Below are positions 1 to 8,400 of a DNA stretch of 22,148 nt, piece by piece. The stretch spans positions 1 to 22,148 of the forward strand of contig JBHIAC010000039.1 in the NCBI GenBank assembly GCA_046758365.1, read 5' to 3'. The notes under the pieces were generated by a model. The model did no database searches and was not told the origin of the DNA. It was given only the letters and a program-made list of their open reading frames with translations. Origin of the DNA: a bacterium (GTDB lineage: Bacteria; Zhuqueibacterota; Zhuqueibacteria; Oceanimicrobiales; Oceanimicrobiaceae). Numbering within the stretch: position 1 is the first letter of the stretch; each line of letters starts with the position of its first letter. Made by a program: the position numbers and the translations under genes.

Positions 1-2
1 TC

Positions 3-1424
3 GCTCCAGACGAGCCCAATCCCTACGACAGCAAAGGAGAAATACTGATGATGGCGGGACGTCTTGAAGAAGCAGCCGAAGAGCTCAAAACTGCGCTATC
101 TAAACGATCAAGCTTTTATTACTCTGCAATGCGTTTGAGCGAAATATATAGCGAACTTGGCGACCTCAAACAAGCCCTTGAGTACTCTGACAAATGGATT
201 GCCGAAGCGCCAAGTCCAAAGGCTAAGGCGGATGCATTCGTTCGGAGAGCCACTTTACAGTGGCGCTTTGGGAGAATTAGAGAGGCTGAGAAGGCACTAA
301 ATCTTGCCATGGAGACCTCGCCAACTTCGGTTTGGCCAATTTTTGTTGGCGGTGAAATCTACAAATTCATTGGGGATACATTGGCAGCAAATCAGTTATA
401 CCGAAAGTATTTTGATCGTTATAAGCAAGCTGTCGCAAATCATCAGTGGGAGAATAACGAGATTCAAGGATTTCTGGGATTTTGTTTGGAAACCCAAATA
501 CCTCCGGCAGAAGTGATAAAAGTAATAGAACAACTTTCAAAAGCCAAAGATCAGTCAGGTAGATTTGATCCATATCTCGGAATTCGGGTGATTAGTCATC
601 TACGTATGGGAGAACACGAAAAGGCAATGACTTACTTTGGAGAGCAGGCTGAGGTACTTTTAGACCTTCTTACAAAAATCCCTAGCTCCGGTTGGAGTTC
701 GGAGTGGAAATATTGGGTCGAGGCAATTCATAGAACCCCAAAACAGGTTTATCCTGACTACACATTTTGCAACCAGTTCTTAGAGGAAGCCCGTAAGGCT
801 GGTCGGAAAGACCTCGAGGTTATTGCACGTTTCTTGCGCGCTCAGTATCACGCGAAGTACGATCTAAAGGTAAAGTTAAGGTCTGAATATCGTGAGTTGG
901 GTTCCCCAATCGAAGACGACTGGCGTGTAATAGGCCCATTCGAGAATCGTTCTGGTTTTAATCGCAGATTTCCGCCCGAAGAAACTATCGACCTTAATGC
1001 TACTTATGCAGGTGCCAGCGGTGAAATCAGGTGGCAGCCAGCGAATGATGGTGCCTACGATGGCTACATAGACCTACGTAAGGTGCTCAAACGCTCATCA
1101 TGGGCGGTCGGCTACGGTGTAGTGTATGTCAATTCTCCAGAGAAGCGTTTAGTACAACTTCGGGTAGCCTCGGATGAATCCTGCAAACTTTGGTTTAACA
1201 ATAAGTTAGTGTGGCAGACTTATCGCAAAGGAGATGTGCCAATAGATAATGACATTATTACTGTAATATTACGGCCCGGAGACAACAAACTTTTGATCAA
1301 AGTTAATAATAGTCTTGGTGACTGGGGATTCTATCTTCGCGTGACCAATGAAAAGGGAAATGGATTTCCAGATCTGCAATTCCACACTCCAAAGAAAAAC
1401 GAGGTGGAAATCGCCATTCGTTAA
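3..1424 (+). CDS. TPR-repeat protein with C-terminal beta-sandwich (PA14-like) domain, 5'-partial
   Basis: The frame is open from base 3 (APDEPNPYDSKGEILMMAGRLEEA, a TPR-like helix pair), so the gene starts upstream of the window. Several TPR-like repeats follow. The C-terminal ~170 aa (WRVIGPF...YIDL...SDESCKLWFN...LRPGDNKLLIKV...WGFYLR) has the pattern of a PA14-like beta-sandwich. Confidence 0.75.
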   Translation, partial: APDEPNPYDSKGEILMMAGRLEEAAEELKTALSKRSSFYYSAMRLSEIYSELGDLKQALEYSDKWIAEAPSPKAKADAFVRRATLQWRFGRIREAEKALNLAMETSPTSVWPIFVGGEIYKFIGDTLAANQLYRKYFDRYKQAVANHQWENNEIQGFLGFCLETQIPPAEVIKVIEQLSKAKDQSGRFDPYLGIRVISHLRMGEHEKAMTYFGEQAEVLLDLLTKIPSSGWSSEWKYWVEAIHRTPKQVYPDYTFCNQFLEEARKAGRKDLEVIARFLRAQYHAKYDLKVKLRSEYRELGSPIEDDWRVIGPFENRSGFNRRFPPEETIDLNATYAGASGEIRWQPANDGAYDGYIDLRKVLKRSSWAVGYGVVYVNSPEKRLVQLRVASDESCKLWFNNKLVWQTYRKGDVPIDNDIITVILRPGDNKLLIKVNNSLGDWGFYLRVTNEKGNGFPDLQFHTPKKNEVEIAIR

Positions 1425-1447
1425 ACAGCCATCAATTGATGACCAGG

Positions 1448-2551
1448 TCATTTATCTTGCTTTAAATTTTTTAGAAATTCTTGTTTCAATTTCTCAAGCA
1501 TCTCCTCTCGCCGATGGTAAAGTCGTTTCTGCTTTCGGGGATTATGCTTAGATAGGGCATAAGCAGTAAGAATGGGCAAAGCAATGGTTATATCACAATA
1601 GCAGGTTACAGCGTCAGGAAGACGATCCGGATCCACTTTTCCCCAGCTCACGGCCTCAGAAGGGGTCGCTCCTGAGAGGCCTCCGGTGTCAACCCTTGCA
1701 TCAGTAAATTGTAAATAATAGTCATGTCCCATTTCATCGATCCCTAACACCTCTTGAATTTGGGGTTCAGTTTGTAGTATGAAATTTTTAGGTGAACCAC
1801 CGCCTAGGATTAAAACACCGCTCTTGCCACCAGAGCGTTTGGCTTGAAAAACAATAGCCGCGGTTTCATTGACATCTAAGGATACATCAATTTTAAGTCC
1901 AGTACCTTCCAAAGCTTTGGCAGCCACATTCATACCAATGGAACTGTCGCCGGGTGAAGATGTGTAGATGGGAATACCAGCTAAATAGGCCGCGGAAAGC
2001 AGAGATTTATTTTTCAAGCCAAGACTTTTTTCCCTCTCATGAACATATTTACCCGTTTTGTAATGGAACTCTGCTGTACTCATAGATTTTTGAAATTCAT
2101 GTGATTCAATTACTTTTCGAAAAAATTTATCAGTAGACAGCAGCACCGCATAATCGAAAAGAATATCATAAATTCTAACCACGTCCTGTTCCCTCAAAAC
2201 GACATCGTCCACATTAAATTTACCTTGATGCAAAGACAATCCCAAGGCAAAGTGGGTGTCATGATAAAGGTTAGCTCCGGTACTAACGATCCAATCCACA
2301 AAGCCATGTTCAATCAAAGGTATGATAGCAGACATGCCTAAACCAGCCGGGATTAAGGCACCGCTAAGGCACATGCCAACTGTAATATCCTCCCCAAGCA
2401 TTTTTTGTGTAAAAAGTTGACAACCTTCTCGCAGCCGTGCAGCATTGTAGGCTAAAAAAGTATTGTCTACCAAATCTACAACAGATATTTGAGAATCAAT
2501 GGGTTCTGGTGAAATGGCTTTTCCAGATATTAAATTGCTTCTTTTAGGCAC
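1448..2551 (-). CDS. speY: Deoxyhypusine synthase-like protein, probable homospermidine synthase (SpeY type)
   Basis: DHS family motifs [26 protein letters not shown] and [18 protein letters not shown] (catalytic Lys). GTG start, 367 aa. Confidence 0.9.
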   Translation of the reverse strand: MPKRSNLISGKAISPEPIDSQISVVDLVDNTFLAYNAARLREGCQLFTQKMLGEDITVGMCLSGALIPAGLGMSAIIPLIEHGFVDWIVSTGANLYHDTHFALGLSLHQGKFNVDDVVLREQDVVRIYDILFDYAVLLSTDKFFRKVIESHEFQKSMSTAEFHYKTGKYVHEREKSLGLKNKSLLSAAYLAGIPIYTSSPGDSSIGMNVAAKALEGTGLKIDVSLDVNETAAIVFQAKRSGGKSGVLILGGGSPKNFILQTEPQIQEVLGIDEMGHDYYLQFTDARVDTGGLSGATPSEAVSWGKVDPDRLPDAVTCYCDITIALPILTAYALSKHNPRKQKRLYHRREEMLEKLKQEFLKNLKQDK

Positions 2552-2570
2552 TTTTCTATTTATTACTGGT

Positions 2571-2655
2571 AACCACGGAATCTAACAGATCTTTAAATAA
2601 TGCTCTCCGCTTATCGTTCTACGAAATATAAACTCTGTGCAAATCCGTGTAAATT
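2571..2655. repeat. Degenerate inverted repeat built from CACGGA/CACAGA units
   Basis: aaccacggaatctaacagat (2571-2590) resembles the reverse complement of ctctgtgcaaatccgtgtaaat (about 2633-2654), which reads atttacacggatttgcacagag. Confidence 0.45.
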
Positions 2656-2730
2656 TATACCTCTAGTTTTTTAATTCTAATGAAACTTAACGTTCACTTC
2701 TTTATCAAATGAATCAACAAGCCGAAATTT

Positions 2731-2838
2731 TCATAAAGTATTATTTTGGGAGTTAAAAGTATTTGAGCCGTCCGCTCTAACAATCATTCCAGCCTCAATG
2801 ATATAAGTTTTGTCATTAATATATAATTGACCTTTAAA
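2731..2838 (-). pseudogene. 3' fragment of a cupin-like gene
   Basis: The minus-strand frame reads FKGQLYINDKTYIIEAGMIVRADGSNTFNSQNNTL*, resembling the cupin pattern G-x-L-x-I-x3-Y-x-[IL]-x2-G-x2-V. There is an in-frame stop just upstream (2842-2844) and no start codon before the motif. Confidence 0.4.
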
Positions 2839-3022
2839 CGGTCACTTTCATAAAGCAAAACTCCAGTAAACTCGCATCCCGCACGACGCTTTGCTTGCGC
2901 GGGATGCTCGGTTCCGTGGTGGTGGCTTTAAACCACCACCACGGCAAGGGGGATGCTGCGCCCCCCTTTGAACCCCCAGCATAAGGTTCCCCCACTAAAA
3001 GCGGGGGCTTATAACGAGTAAA
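2839..3022. mobile_element. GC-rich multi-hairpin insertion (non-autonomous element or structured RNA)
   Basis: Abrupt GC-rich island in AT-rich DNA. Stems: gcatcccgc 2874-2882/2899-2907; a perfect 12-bp ccgtggtggtgg 2914-2925/2933-2944; aaggggg/ccccctt at about 2946-2968; ccccc-actaaaagc-ggggg at about 2989-3007. Confidence 0.6.
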
Positions 3023-3029
3023 TTTTTCT

Positions 3030-3217
3030 TCATAATTTTTTGTATATAAAATTGGTGTATCACCCAAGAAAACTTTAATGGTAGTATTATAAGCTGGAAA
3101 CCATTTTGCTAGAGGCATCGGTATGGCTATAAGACCTTTGTCTATGCGGCTTTGAGTTATCCTAATCGTAGCATAACTATAATTAATTTCGCTTTTTCTT
3201 TGAATTATTTGCGTCAT
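3030..3217 (-). pseudogene. 5' fragment of a probable nuclease-associated gene, truncated by the GC-rich element
   Basis: YATIRITQSRIDKGLIAIP...WFP...IKVFLGD reads as real protein and recalls the N-termini of some HNH endonucleases (from memory, unverified). The rest of the listed ORF 2834..3232 reads through the hairpin element. Confidence 0.45.
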
Positions 3218-3309
3218 TTTTACTTTATTCAAATAAAACTATTATTAAAAATTAATTTTACATAAAGCTCGATTATGAATCACTAATAAATATCTCATAC
3301 TTTACATGT

Positions 3310-3540
3310 TTAATTTATTCCAAATCCAAAGTCTAAACCTGCACCAACTACATTTCCACAGAAAGGACGAAGTACAGATTGTTCTGGATCGGTAATAAGG
3401 CTATGCCTTGCGCTGCACTCTTTATAGCCTTCGCCATTCCATGTCCACTCCTCTGTCATCAATGCTGTAAACCAAATACGATCCAAGATTTTATTGCAAT
3501 GATTGCAGCGTTTTCTTCTTGTTTGCTTTTTGGTAGCCAT
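3310..3540 (-). CDS. Small zinc-ribbon-like hypothetical protein, possibly degenerate
   Basis: 76 aa with a GGAG RBS upstream. It has an N-terminal CNHC and a C-terminal RPFC, whose R codon (CGT) is one base from Cys (TGT). Confidence 0.55.
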   Translation of the reverse strand: MATKKQTRRKRCNHCNKILDRIWFTALMTEEWTWNGEGYKECSARHSLITDPEQSVLRPFCGNVVGAGLDFGFGIN

Positions 3541-3630
3541 ATTTCAAGTTCTCCATTCTGAAATTTTCATCTAATTATAAGATTAAACAAATCATATCAA
3601 TTGGCCTTAATATAATTTCTATTGTATTTT

Positions 3631-3891
3631 TTAAATTGATATACATTCTCCAAATAATTTTACATCCACTTCTGGTTCTATAATAGGGATTTCTGTTTCC
3701 ACATTTGCTTCACCAAATTTATAAACGAGTAAAGCCACAATAATTCTTTCCCGTACTGAACCGACCTCCATTCCAATTCTACCCGCCCTTGAACTTTCCA
3801 ATTCTGCTATTTGATATAAATATGGCAAACGAGTTTTAATTTTCTCTACAAGACTTCTATCTTCAAATATCTTTATTAATTGATCTGACAT
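3631..3891 (-). pseudogene. Truncated ThaI-family type II restriction endonuclease
   Basis: LPYLYQIAELESSRAGRIGMEVGSVRERIIVALL...ETEIPIIEPEVDVKLFG matches the N-terminal half of ThaI-family REases. A TAA stop falls where the catalytic Lys of D...SIK is expected, leaving only 86 aa. Confidence 0.8.
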
Positions 3892-4056
3892 TCTATATAT
3901 TTTTAAGACCTATTTTATTTGAAATTACGATTAATTTGCATTTAATTAAATAAAACGATAAGTAAAAAAGTACACACCTTAATGTAATGAATGTTAAATT
4001 CCGATATTATAATATTGATTATAAATTTTAAAATTCTCAATAAAAACTCTTGTATC

Positions 4057-4488
4057 TTACGATTCTTCCCCCATAAACGTATCAAAATTTCTAACCTTCC
4101 AGTTTCCGTCAATTTCGACCGTGGTCAGAACAACTTGTCGTTTATATTCATCTCCTCCTTTGCTTTGAATGGTGACATCATAAAAAAAAGCAATCGAATC
4201 ATCGCTTCGCTTTTGACTATTCACTAGTTTGTAATCTATAAAAGGTTTGGACTGCGATAAATCTAAATCGGGATCACTTCGAACGCTTTTGAGCAGTTCA
4301 ATCTCATTTTTCAATTTATCTTCTGCCAGACCAGCGCTTAATTCCAGCGCTCCTTGTTGATTTAATTCAATAAAATAACGGTAAAGAAATTCTTCGGCCA
4401 CCCCTTCAGCGGAATTTTCATAACCACAGGAAATAAAGCTGACATTTAAAATTAGTAAGACAACTTTAATTTGTGAAATTTTTAACAT
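4057..4488 (-). CDS. Hypothetical lipoprotein with an NTF2-like fold pattern
   Basis: Signal peptide with a lipobox-like FISC, then SAEGVAEEFL and a C-terminal DGNWKV, typical of small NTF2-like lipoproteins. Confidence 0.7.
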   Translation of the reverse strand: MLKISQIKVVLLILNVSFISCGYENSAEGVAEEFLYRYFIELNQQGALELSAGLAEDKLKNEIELLKSVRSDPDLDLSQSKPFIDYKLVNSQKRSDDSIAFFYDVTIQSKGGDEYKRQVVLTTVEIDGNWKVRNFDTFMGEES

Positions 4489-4606
4489 TTCAGTTACTTG
4501 TTTAAAAAAGTTTGGTTATGCACAACATTGAATTTGACCTGAACAATAGAGTTAGTTTTTAAATCACCTCTTTCAATCTAAGTTATATTTGTTTGAAATT
4601 AAAAAC

Positions 4607-4635
4607 AAAATAACGCCCCTTTTATAAAAAGTCAA
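4607..4635 (-). promoter_or_regulatory. Putative sigma70-type promoter for the lipoprotein gene
   Basis: TTGACT-N17-TATTTT on the minus strand. Confidence 0.5.
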
Positions 4636-4694
4636 GGAGAAATATAAGAATCAATTTTTATACTCTGATTCACCCAATCTTGGTGGGTTTTCAA

Positions 4695-4723
4695 TTGCAT
4701 TTTCTGAGATAATTTTTTATATT
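4695..4723 (+). promoter_or_regulatory. Putative sigma70-type promoter for the aminotransferase gene
   Basis: TTGCAT-N17-TATATT, 35 bp upstream of the ATG, with an AGGAG RBS. Confidence 0.5.
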
Positions 4724-4758
4724 GCGAACAAAATAAAATATTTGAAAGGAGAAAATAG

Positions 4759-5889
4759 ATGCAAAGTGTCAGCGAATTAAACCCATCCCAACGAATTCTG
4801 TTAGGGCCAGGCCCCAGCAACGTGCATCCTCGCGTTTACCGAGCCCTTTCGACTCCCTTAGTAGGACATCTTGACCCAGAATTTTTGAAAATCATGAATG
4901 AAATTCAGGAGCTGTTGCGATTTGTGTTTCAGACAAAAAATTCATTCACCATCGCAGTGTCCGGAACAGGTAGTGCAGGAATGGAGGCGGCACTTGTGAA
5001 TGTCATTGAACCCGGAGACACAGTGATTGTAGGCGTTAATGGGGTGTTTGGTAACCGCATGTCCGATATTGTTTCCCGATGCGGTGGGCAACTGATTCAA
5101 ATTAAAGAAACGTGGGGAAAAGCCATAGACCCTCAGCGAATTGATGATGAATTGAAAAAAGTAGGCAAGGTTAAAGCCGTAGCTATGGTGCACGCAGAAA
5201 CTTCCACGGGTGTGCTCCAGCCGCTTGAAGAGGTGGGGAATCTCTGTCAACAAATTGGAGTCCTTTTTATTGTTGATACTGTGACTTCTTTAGGCGGTGT
5301 GCCTGTTAAGGTAGATAAATGGAACATAGACGTTTGCTACAGCGGAACACAGAAATGTTTAAGTTGTCCACCGGGCCTAGCACCTATCACTTTTAGTGAA
5401 AAAGCAATGAAGGTGATTCGAAATCGGAAAACTAAAATTCAAAGCTGGTACTTAGATATCACTATGATCGCTGATTATTGGGCCGAAGGTAAACGGGCAT
5501 ATCACCACACAGCACCCATCAGCATGAACTACGCGCTGCGGGAAGCCCTGCGCTTAGTTCAGGAAGAGGGTCTGGAAGCAAGATTTGAACGGCATAAGCG
5601 GAATAGTTCGGTTTTAATCAAAGGAATTCAGAAACTTGAATTAGAGCCTTTTATTGATGAAGGTTTCAGACTGCCATCCCTTAATTCGGTTAAAGTCCCG
5701 ATGGATGTTGATGAGGTTTTAGTACGTCGCTCGTTATTGAATGAGTACGGCATTGAAATTGGCGGGGGTCTGGGTGATTTAGTGGGTAAAATTTGGCGTA
5801 TTGGATTGATGGGAGAATCGTCAACCAAGGCGAATGTGGTATATTTGCTAACGGCTTTGGAAGAGATATTATCAAAATGTAGATCATAA
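4759..5889 (+). CDS. Alanine-glyoxylate/serine-pyruvate aminotransferase family (class V PLP enzyme)
   Basis: Motifs LLGPGPSNV, SGTGSAGMEA, VHAETSTG, IVDTVTSLG, SGTQKC (PLP lysine), YHHTAP and WRIGLMG. Confidence 0.95.
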   Translation: MQSVSELNPSQRILLGPGPSNVHPRVYRALSTPLVGHLDPEFLKIMNEIQELLRFVFQTKNSFTIAVSGTGSAGMEAALVNVIEPGDTVIVGVNGVFGNRMSDIVSRCGGQLIQIKETWGKAIDPQRIDDELKKVGKVKAVAMVHAETSTGVLQPLEEVGNLCQQIGVLFIVDTVTSLGGVPVKVDKWNIDVCYSGTQKCLSCPPGLAPITFSEKAMKVIRNRKTKIQSWYLDITMIADYWAEGKRAYHHTAPISMNYALREALRLVQEEGLEARFERHKRNSSVLIKGIQKLELEPFIDEGFRLPSLNSVKVPMDVDEVLVRRSLLNEYGIEIGGGLGDLVGKIWRIGLMGESSTKANVVYLLTALEEILSKCRS

Positions 5890-5985
5890 AAGCCCGAAGG
5901 ACTTTAATGACAATTCTTATAATACCCTTTAAAAAGTGGTTGAATCAAAAAATAAAAATTGATAGATGCTATTTTTCGCACTTTG

Positions 5986-6200
5986 ACCCAGCGCGGCGAA
6001 GCCGAAAATGCAAAATGAAAAAATAAAATTACAAAATCCAATTCCCAAGCACCAAATAAACCCCAAATGCCAAATCCGAAATTCCAAAATTTGCGCAGCT
6101 AACATTTTGTAATTTGAGTATTGGGATTTATTTGGTATTTATCTTTTGTGATTTGTGATTTTTTTGCAAAAAAGTGCAAAAGTTGAGAAGTAATACTATA
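5986..6200. repeat. Palindromic element built from ~7-nt CAAAT-type units, with a conserved GC-rich left end
   Basis: Begins acccagcgcggcgaagccg (second copy at 21982). The left arm accaaataaaccccaa...aaattccaaaat mirrors the right arm attttgtaattt...ttgggatttatttggt. Confidence 0.65.
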
Positions 6201-6311
6201 GAAGGTTGATTTCATTTATTAAATGAAAAAGAAAATAAGATGCAAGCTATGAAACAACTGTGTCAAATTGACTCATATGTTTTTATTTTCTTTTAATTTG
6301 CAAAAAATAGC

Positions 6312-6339
6312 TTGACAAATATGAAAAATTTGTTAACTT
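6312..6339 (+). promoter_or_regulatory. Putative sigma70 promoter for the radical SAM pair
   Basis: Perfect TTGACA (6312-6317), a 16-bp spacer and an extended -10 TGtTAACTT. Confidence 0.55.
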
Positions 6340-6468
6340 TGATTTCTATATCGATCCTGCCTTATTATGAATTAGGAACCTAATTAACTAAATTAATTTA
6401 AAGAAGAAGTGTCCATATAAAAATACTGTACTTATTCTCAAACCATTACAATATTCGAATCCCTAGTA

Positions 6469-6599
6469 GAGGCGTAGCCCAAAAATCGATATTCAGGATG
6501 TTGGATGTCTGTCCTACGTCCTTTAGAAAAAAATTGAACTAAGAAACAAAAACTTAGAATTTGTGAATTTCAAAAAACTGAAGTTTTCGGCCACGCCTC
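6469..6599. mobile_element. MITE-like element with 16-bp terminal inverted repeats
   Basis: gaggcgtagcccaaaa (6469-6484) matches the reverse complement of 6584-6599, gaggcgtggccgaaaa (14/16). There is an internal hairpin aggatgttgga/tcctacgtcct and no coding capacity. Confidence 0.6.
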
Positions 6600-6751
6600 A
6601 AGATGAACAACTTTTGCTAGGAGCTTAGAGTTTGTACTTACACAATGGTCTAATCTCTTAATGTCTCGTGAGTTTTTGAAGGCCAGTTTCAAAATTTTGA
6701 GATAGGTTGTGCTGTGTTAAATTTGTTGAATTATATTCCTTGGGAGGCACT

Positions 6752-8359
6752 ATGCGAAAGCTCCATATCGGGATCATTGATCTAGTCACCAAAGCTCCTA
6801 CTCGTTCATTATGGGCGCGTGTTATGAATGCTAATTTCGCCAGCATCATGCCGCAAGTGGTAGCCGTTTGGTGCGAAGAAGAAGGACATGAGGTCACATT
6901 CGTGTGCTACACTGGTTTTGAGAATTTGACTAAGGAGTTACCAGACGACGTTGACCTTGTTTTCATCGGCGCGTTCTCGCACGCAGCGCAACTGGCCTAC
7001 GCTCTGAGTAACCTATTACGATCGAAGGGCGCTGTCACGGCACTTGGCGGCCCGCATGCCCGGTGCTACCCGCAGGATGCACTAAAATACTTCGACTATG
7101 TCCTGGGCTTCACTGATAAAGCAGCGATCCATGATATCTTGCAGGATTGTTCGCAGCACCGCCCAGTCGGGATGCATTGTACGGCTAAGCAGCAGCCCAG
7201 TTCGCTTCCCGGCGTACGCGAGCGCTGGAAGTTCATCGAGCCGACACTCAAGAAAACACTCCTCCTCAAGGCTGTTCCAATGATCGGTAGTCTGGGATGT
7301 CCGTACACCTGCAGTTTTTGCATCGACTCGGTCATTCCGTATCAGCAGCTTAGCTTCGATGTAATCAAGGAGGACTTACGCTTCCTTTTACAAAAATTAG
7401 AGCGGCCGCGTGTCTGCTGGCACGATCCAAACTTTGGTATCCGATTTAACGACTACATGGATGCAATTGAGGAGGCTGTACCACCAGATAGTATTGATTT
7501 CTTCGCCGAAAGCACTCTCTCCGTGCTATCGGAGCCGCACTTGAAGCGACTCAAACGAAATGGATTCAAGGCCATTCTACCCGGAATTGAGTCGTGGTAC
7601 GATCTGGGCAACAAATCAAAGACCGGTAACAGAAATGGGATGGACAAAGTCCGGCAGGTCGCTGAACACATAAACACCATTTTGAGCTACATACCATATT
7701 TACAAGCCAACTTTGTGTTCGGACTAGAGGTAGACGAAGGTCCTGAACCCTTTGAGCTCACGAAACGGTTTATAGACCTGGCCCCCGGGGCCTATCCTGC
7801 TTACACGCTACTCTCTGCGTTTGGACAGGCTGCACCTCTCAATCTTGAATATCAGCGAGCTAATCGCATTCTACCATTTCCATTCCACTTCCTGAACACA
7901 CAGCAGGCCATGAACGTGAAGCCGAAGAACTATTCCTGGCCTGACTTCTACGAGCACTTAATCAATCTGACCAAGTACACATTTTCCTGGCGTGCGATTA
8001 TCGGCCGCTACAGAGCGAACAAGCCCCTTATCTGGCGATGGATGAACGTGCTGCGGGGAATATCTTCACAAGGTCTTGGTCGTATCAAATACTACACTGA
8101 AGTACGTCGACGGCTCGACACTGATAGACAGTTTAGGGACTTTTTTGAACAGGAGACAATCGAAATTCCCCAGTTCTATCTGGATTGGGTGAGAAAAGAT
8201 CTAGGACCACTGTGGGAATGGCTTCCGGAAGGTGCATTACAGTACGACCCCAATGCCTATCTTAAGTCAAAGAAAGAGCACGCGACCAGCTCGCGAAAAG
8301 AGTTCTCGACTCCCGATAAAAAATTGTCAACTTTTGATCCTGTCCCAACCCTATCTTGA
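6752..8359 (+). CDS. Cobalamin-binding radical SAM enzyme
   Basis: B12-domain motif LGGPHA and radical SAM motif GCPYTCSFC. The start was reassigned to ATG 6752 (MRKLHIG), which follows a GGAGG RBS. Confidence 0.9.
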   Translation: MRKLHIGIIDLVTKAPTRSLWARVMNANFASIMPQVVAVWCEEEGHEVTFVCYTGFENLTKELPDDVDLVFIGAFSHAAQLAYALSNLLRSKGAVTALGGPHARCYPQDALKYFDYVLGFTDKAAIHDILQDCSQHRPVGMHCTAKQQPSSLPGVRERWKFIEPTLKKTLLLKAVPMIGSLGCPYTCSFCIDSVIPYQQLSFDVIKEDLRFLLQKLERPRVCWHDPNFGIRFNDYMDAIEEAVPPDSIDFFAESTLSVLSEPHLKRLKRNGFKAILPGIESWYDLGNKSKTGNRNGMDKVRQVAEHINTILSYIPYLQANFVFGLEVDEGPEPFELTKRFIDLAPGAYPAYTLLSAFGQAAPLNLEYQRANRILPFPFHFLNTQQAMNVKPKNYSWPDFYEHLINLTKYTFSWRAIIGRYRANKPLIWRWMNVLRGISSQGLGRIKYYTEVRRRLDTDRQFRDFFEQETIEIPQFYLDWVRKDLGPLWEWLPEGALQYDPNAYLKSKKEHATSSRKEFSTPDKKLSTFDPVPTLS

Positions 8360-8400
8360 AATGAATTGTTATTCATATTAATTAATTTAAGGAAAGCATA

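Noticed and set aside
2834..3232. 132-aa ORF as an intact gene
   Set aside because: Its second half (PPLLVGEPYAGGSKGGAASPLPWWWF...) is read-through of the GC-rich hairpin element, so it is a chimera.
3991..4227. 78-aa plus-strand ORF
   Set aside because: It is AT-rich, low in complexity and overlaps the lipoprotein gene on the opposite strand.
5889..5905. Intrinsic terminator after the aminotransferase
   Set aside because: The stem (aaagccc/ggacttt) is short and mismatched, with no proper U-tract.
5986..6200. CRISPR array
   Set aside because: The repeats are short degenerate units in inverted arrangement, with no constant repeat-spacer periodicity and no cas genes.
6340..6751. Cobalamin or lysine riboswitch upstream of the B12 radical SAM genes
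   Set aside because: No B12-box or GGGAA/GCCACTG-type core is visible. The AGAGGCG start is better explained as one arm of a terminal inverted repeat.
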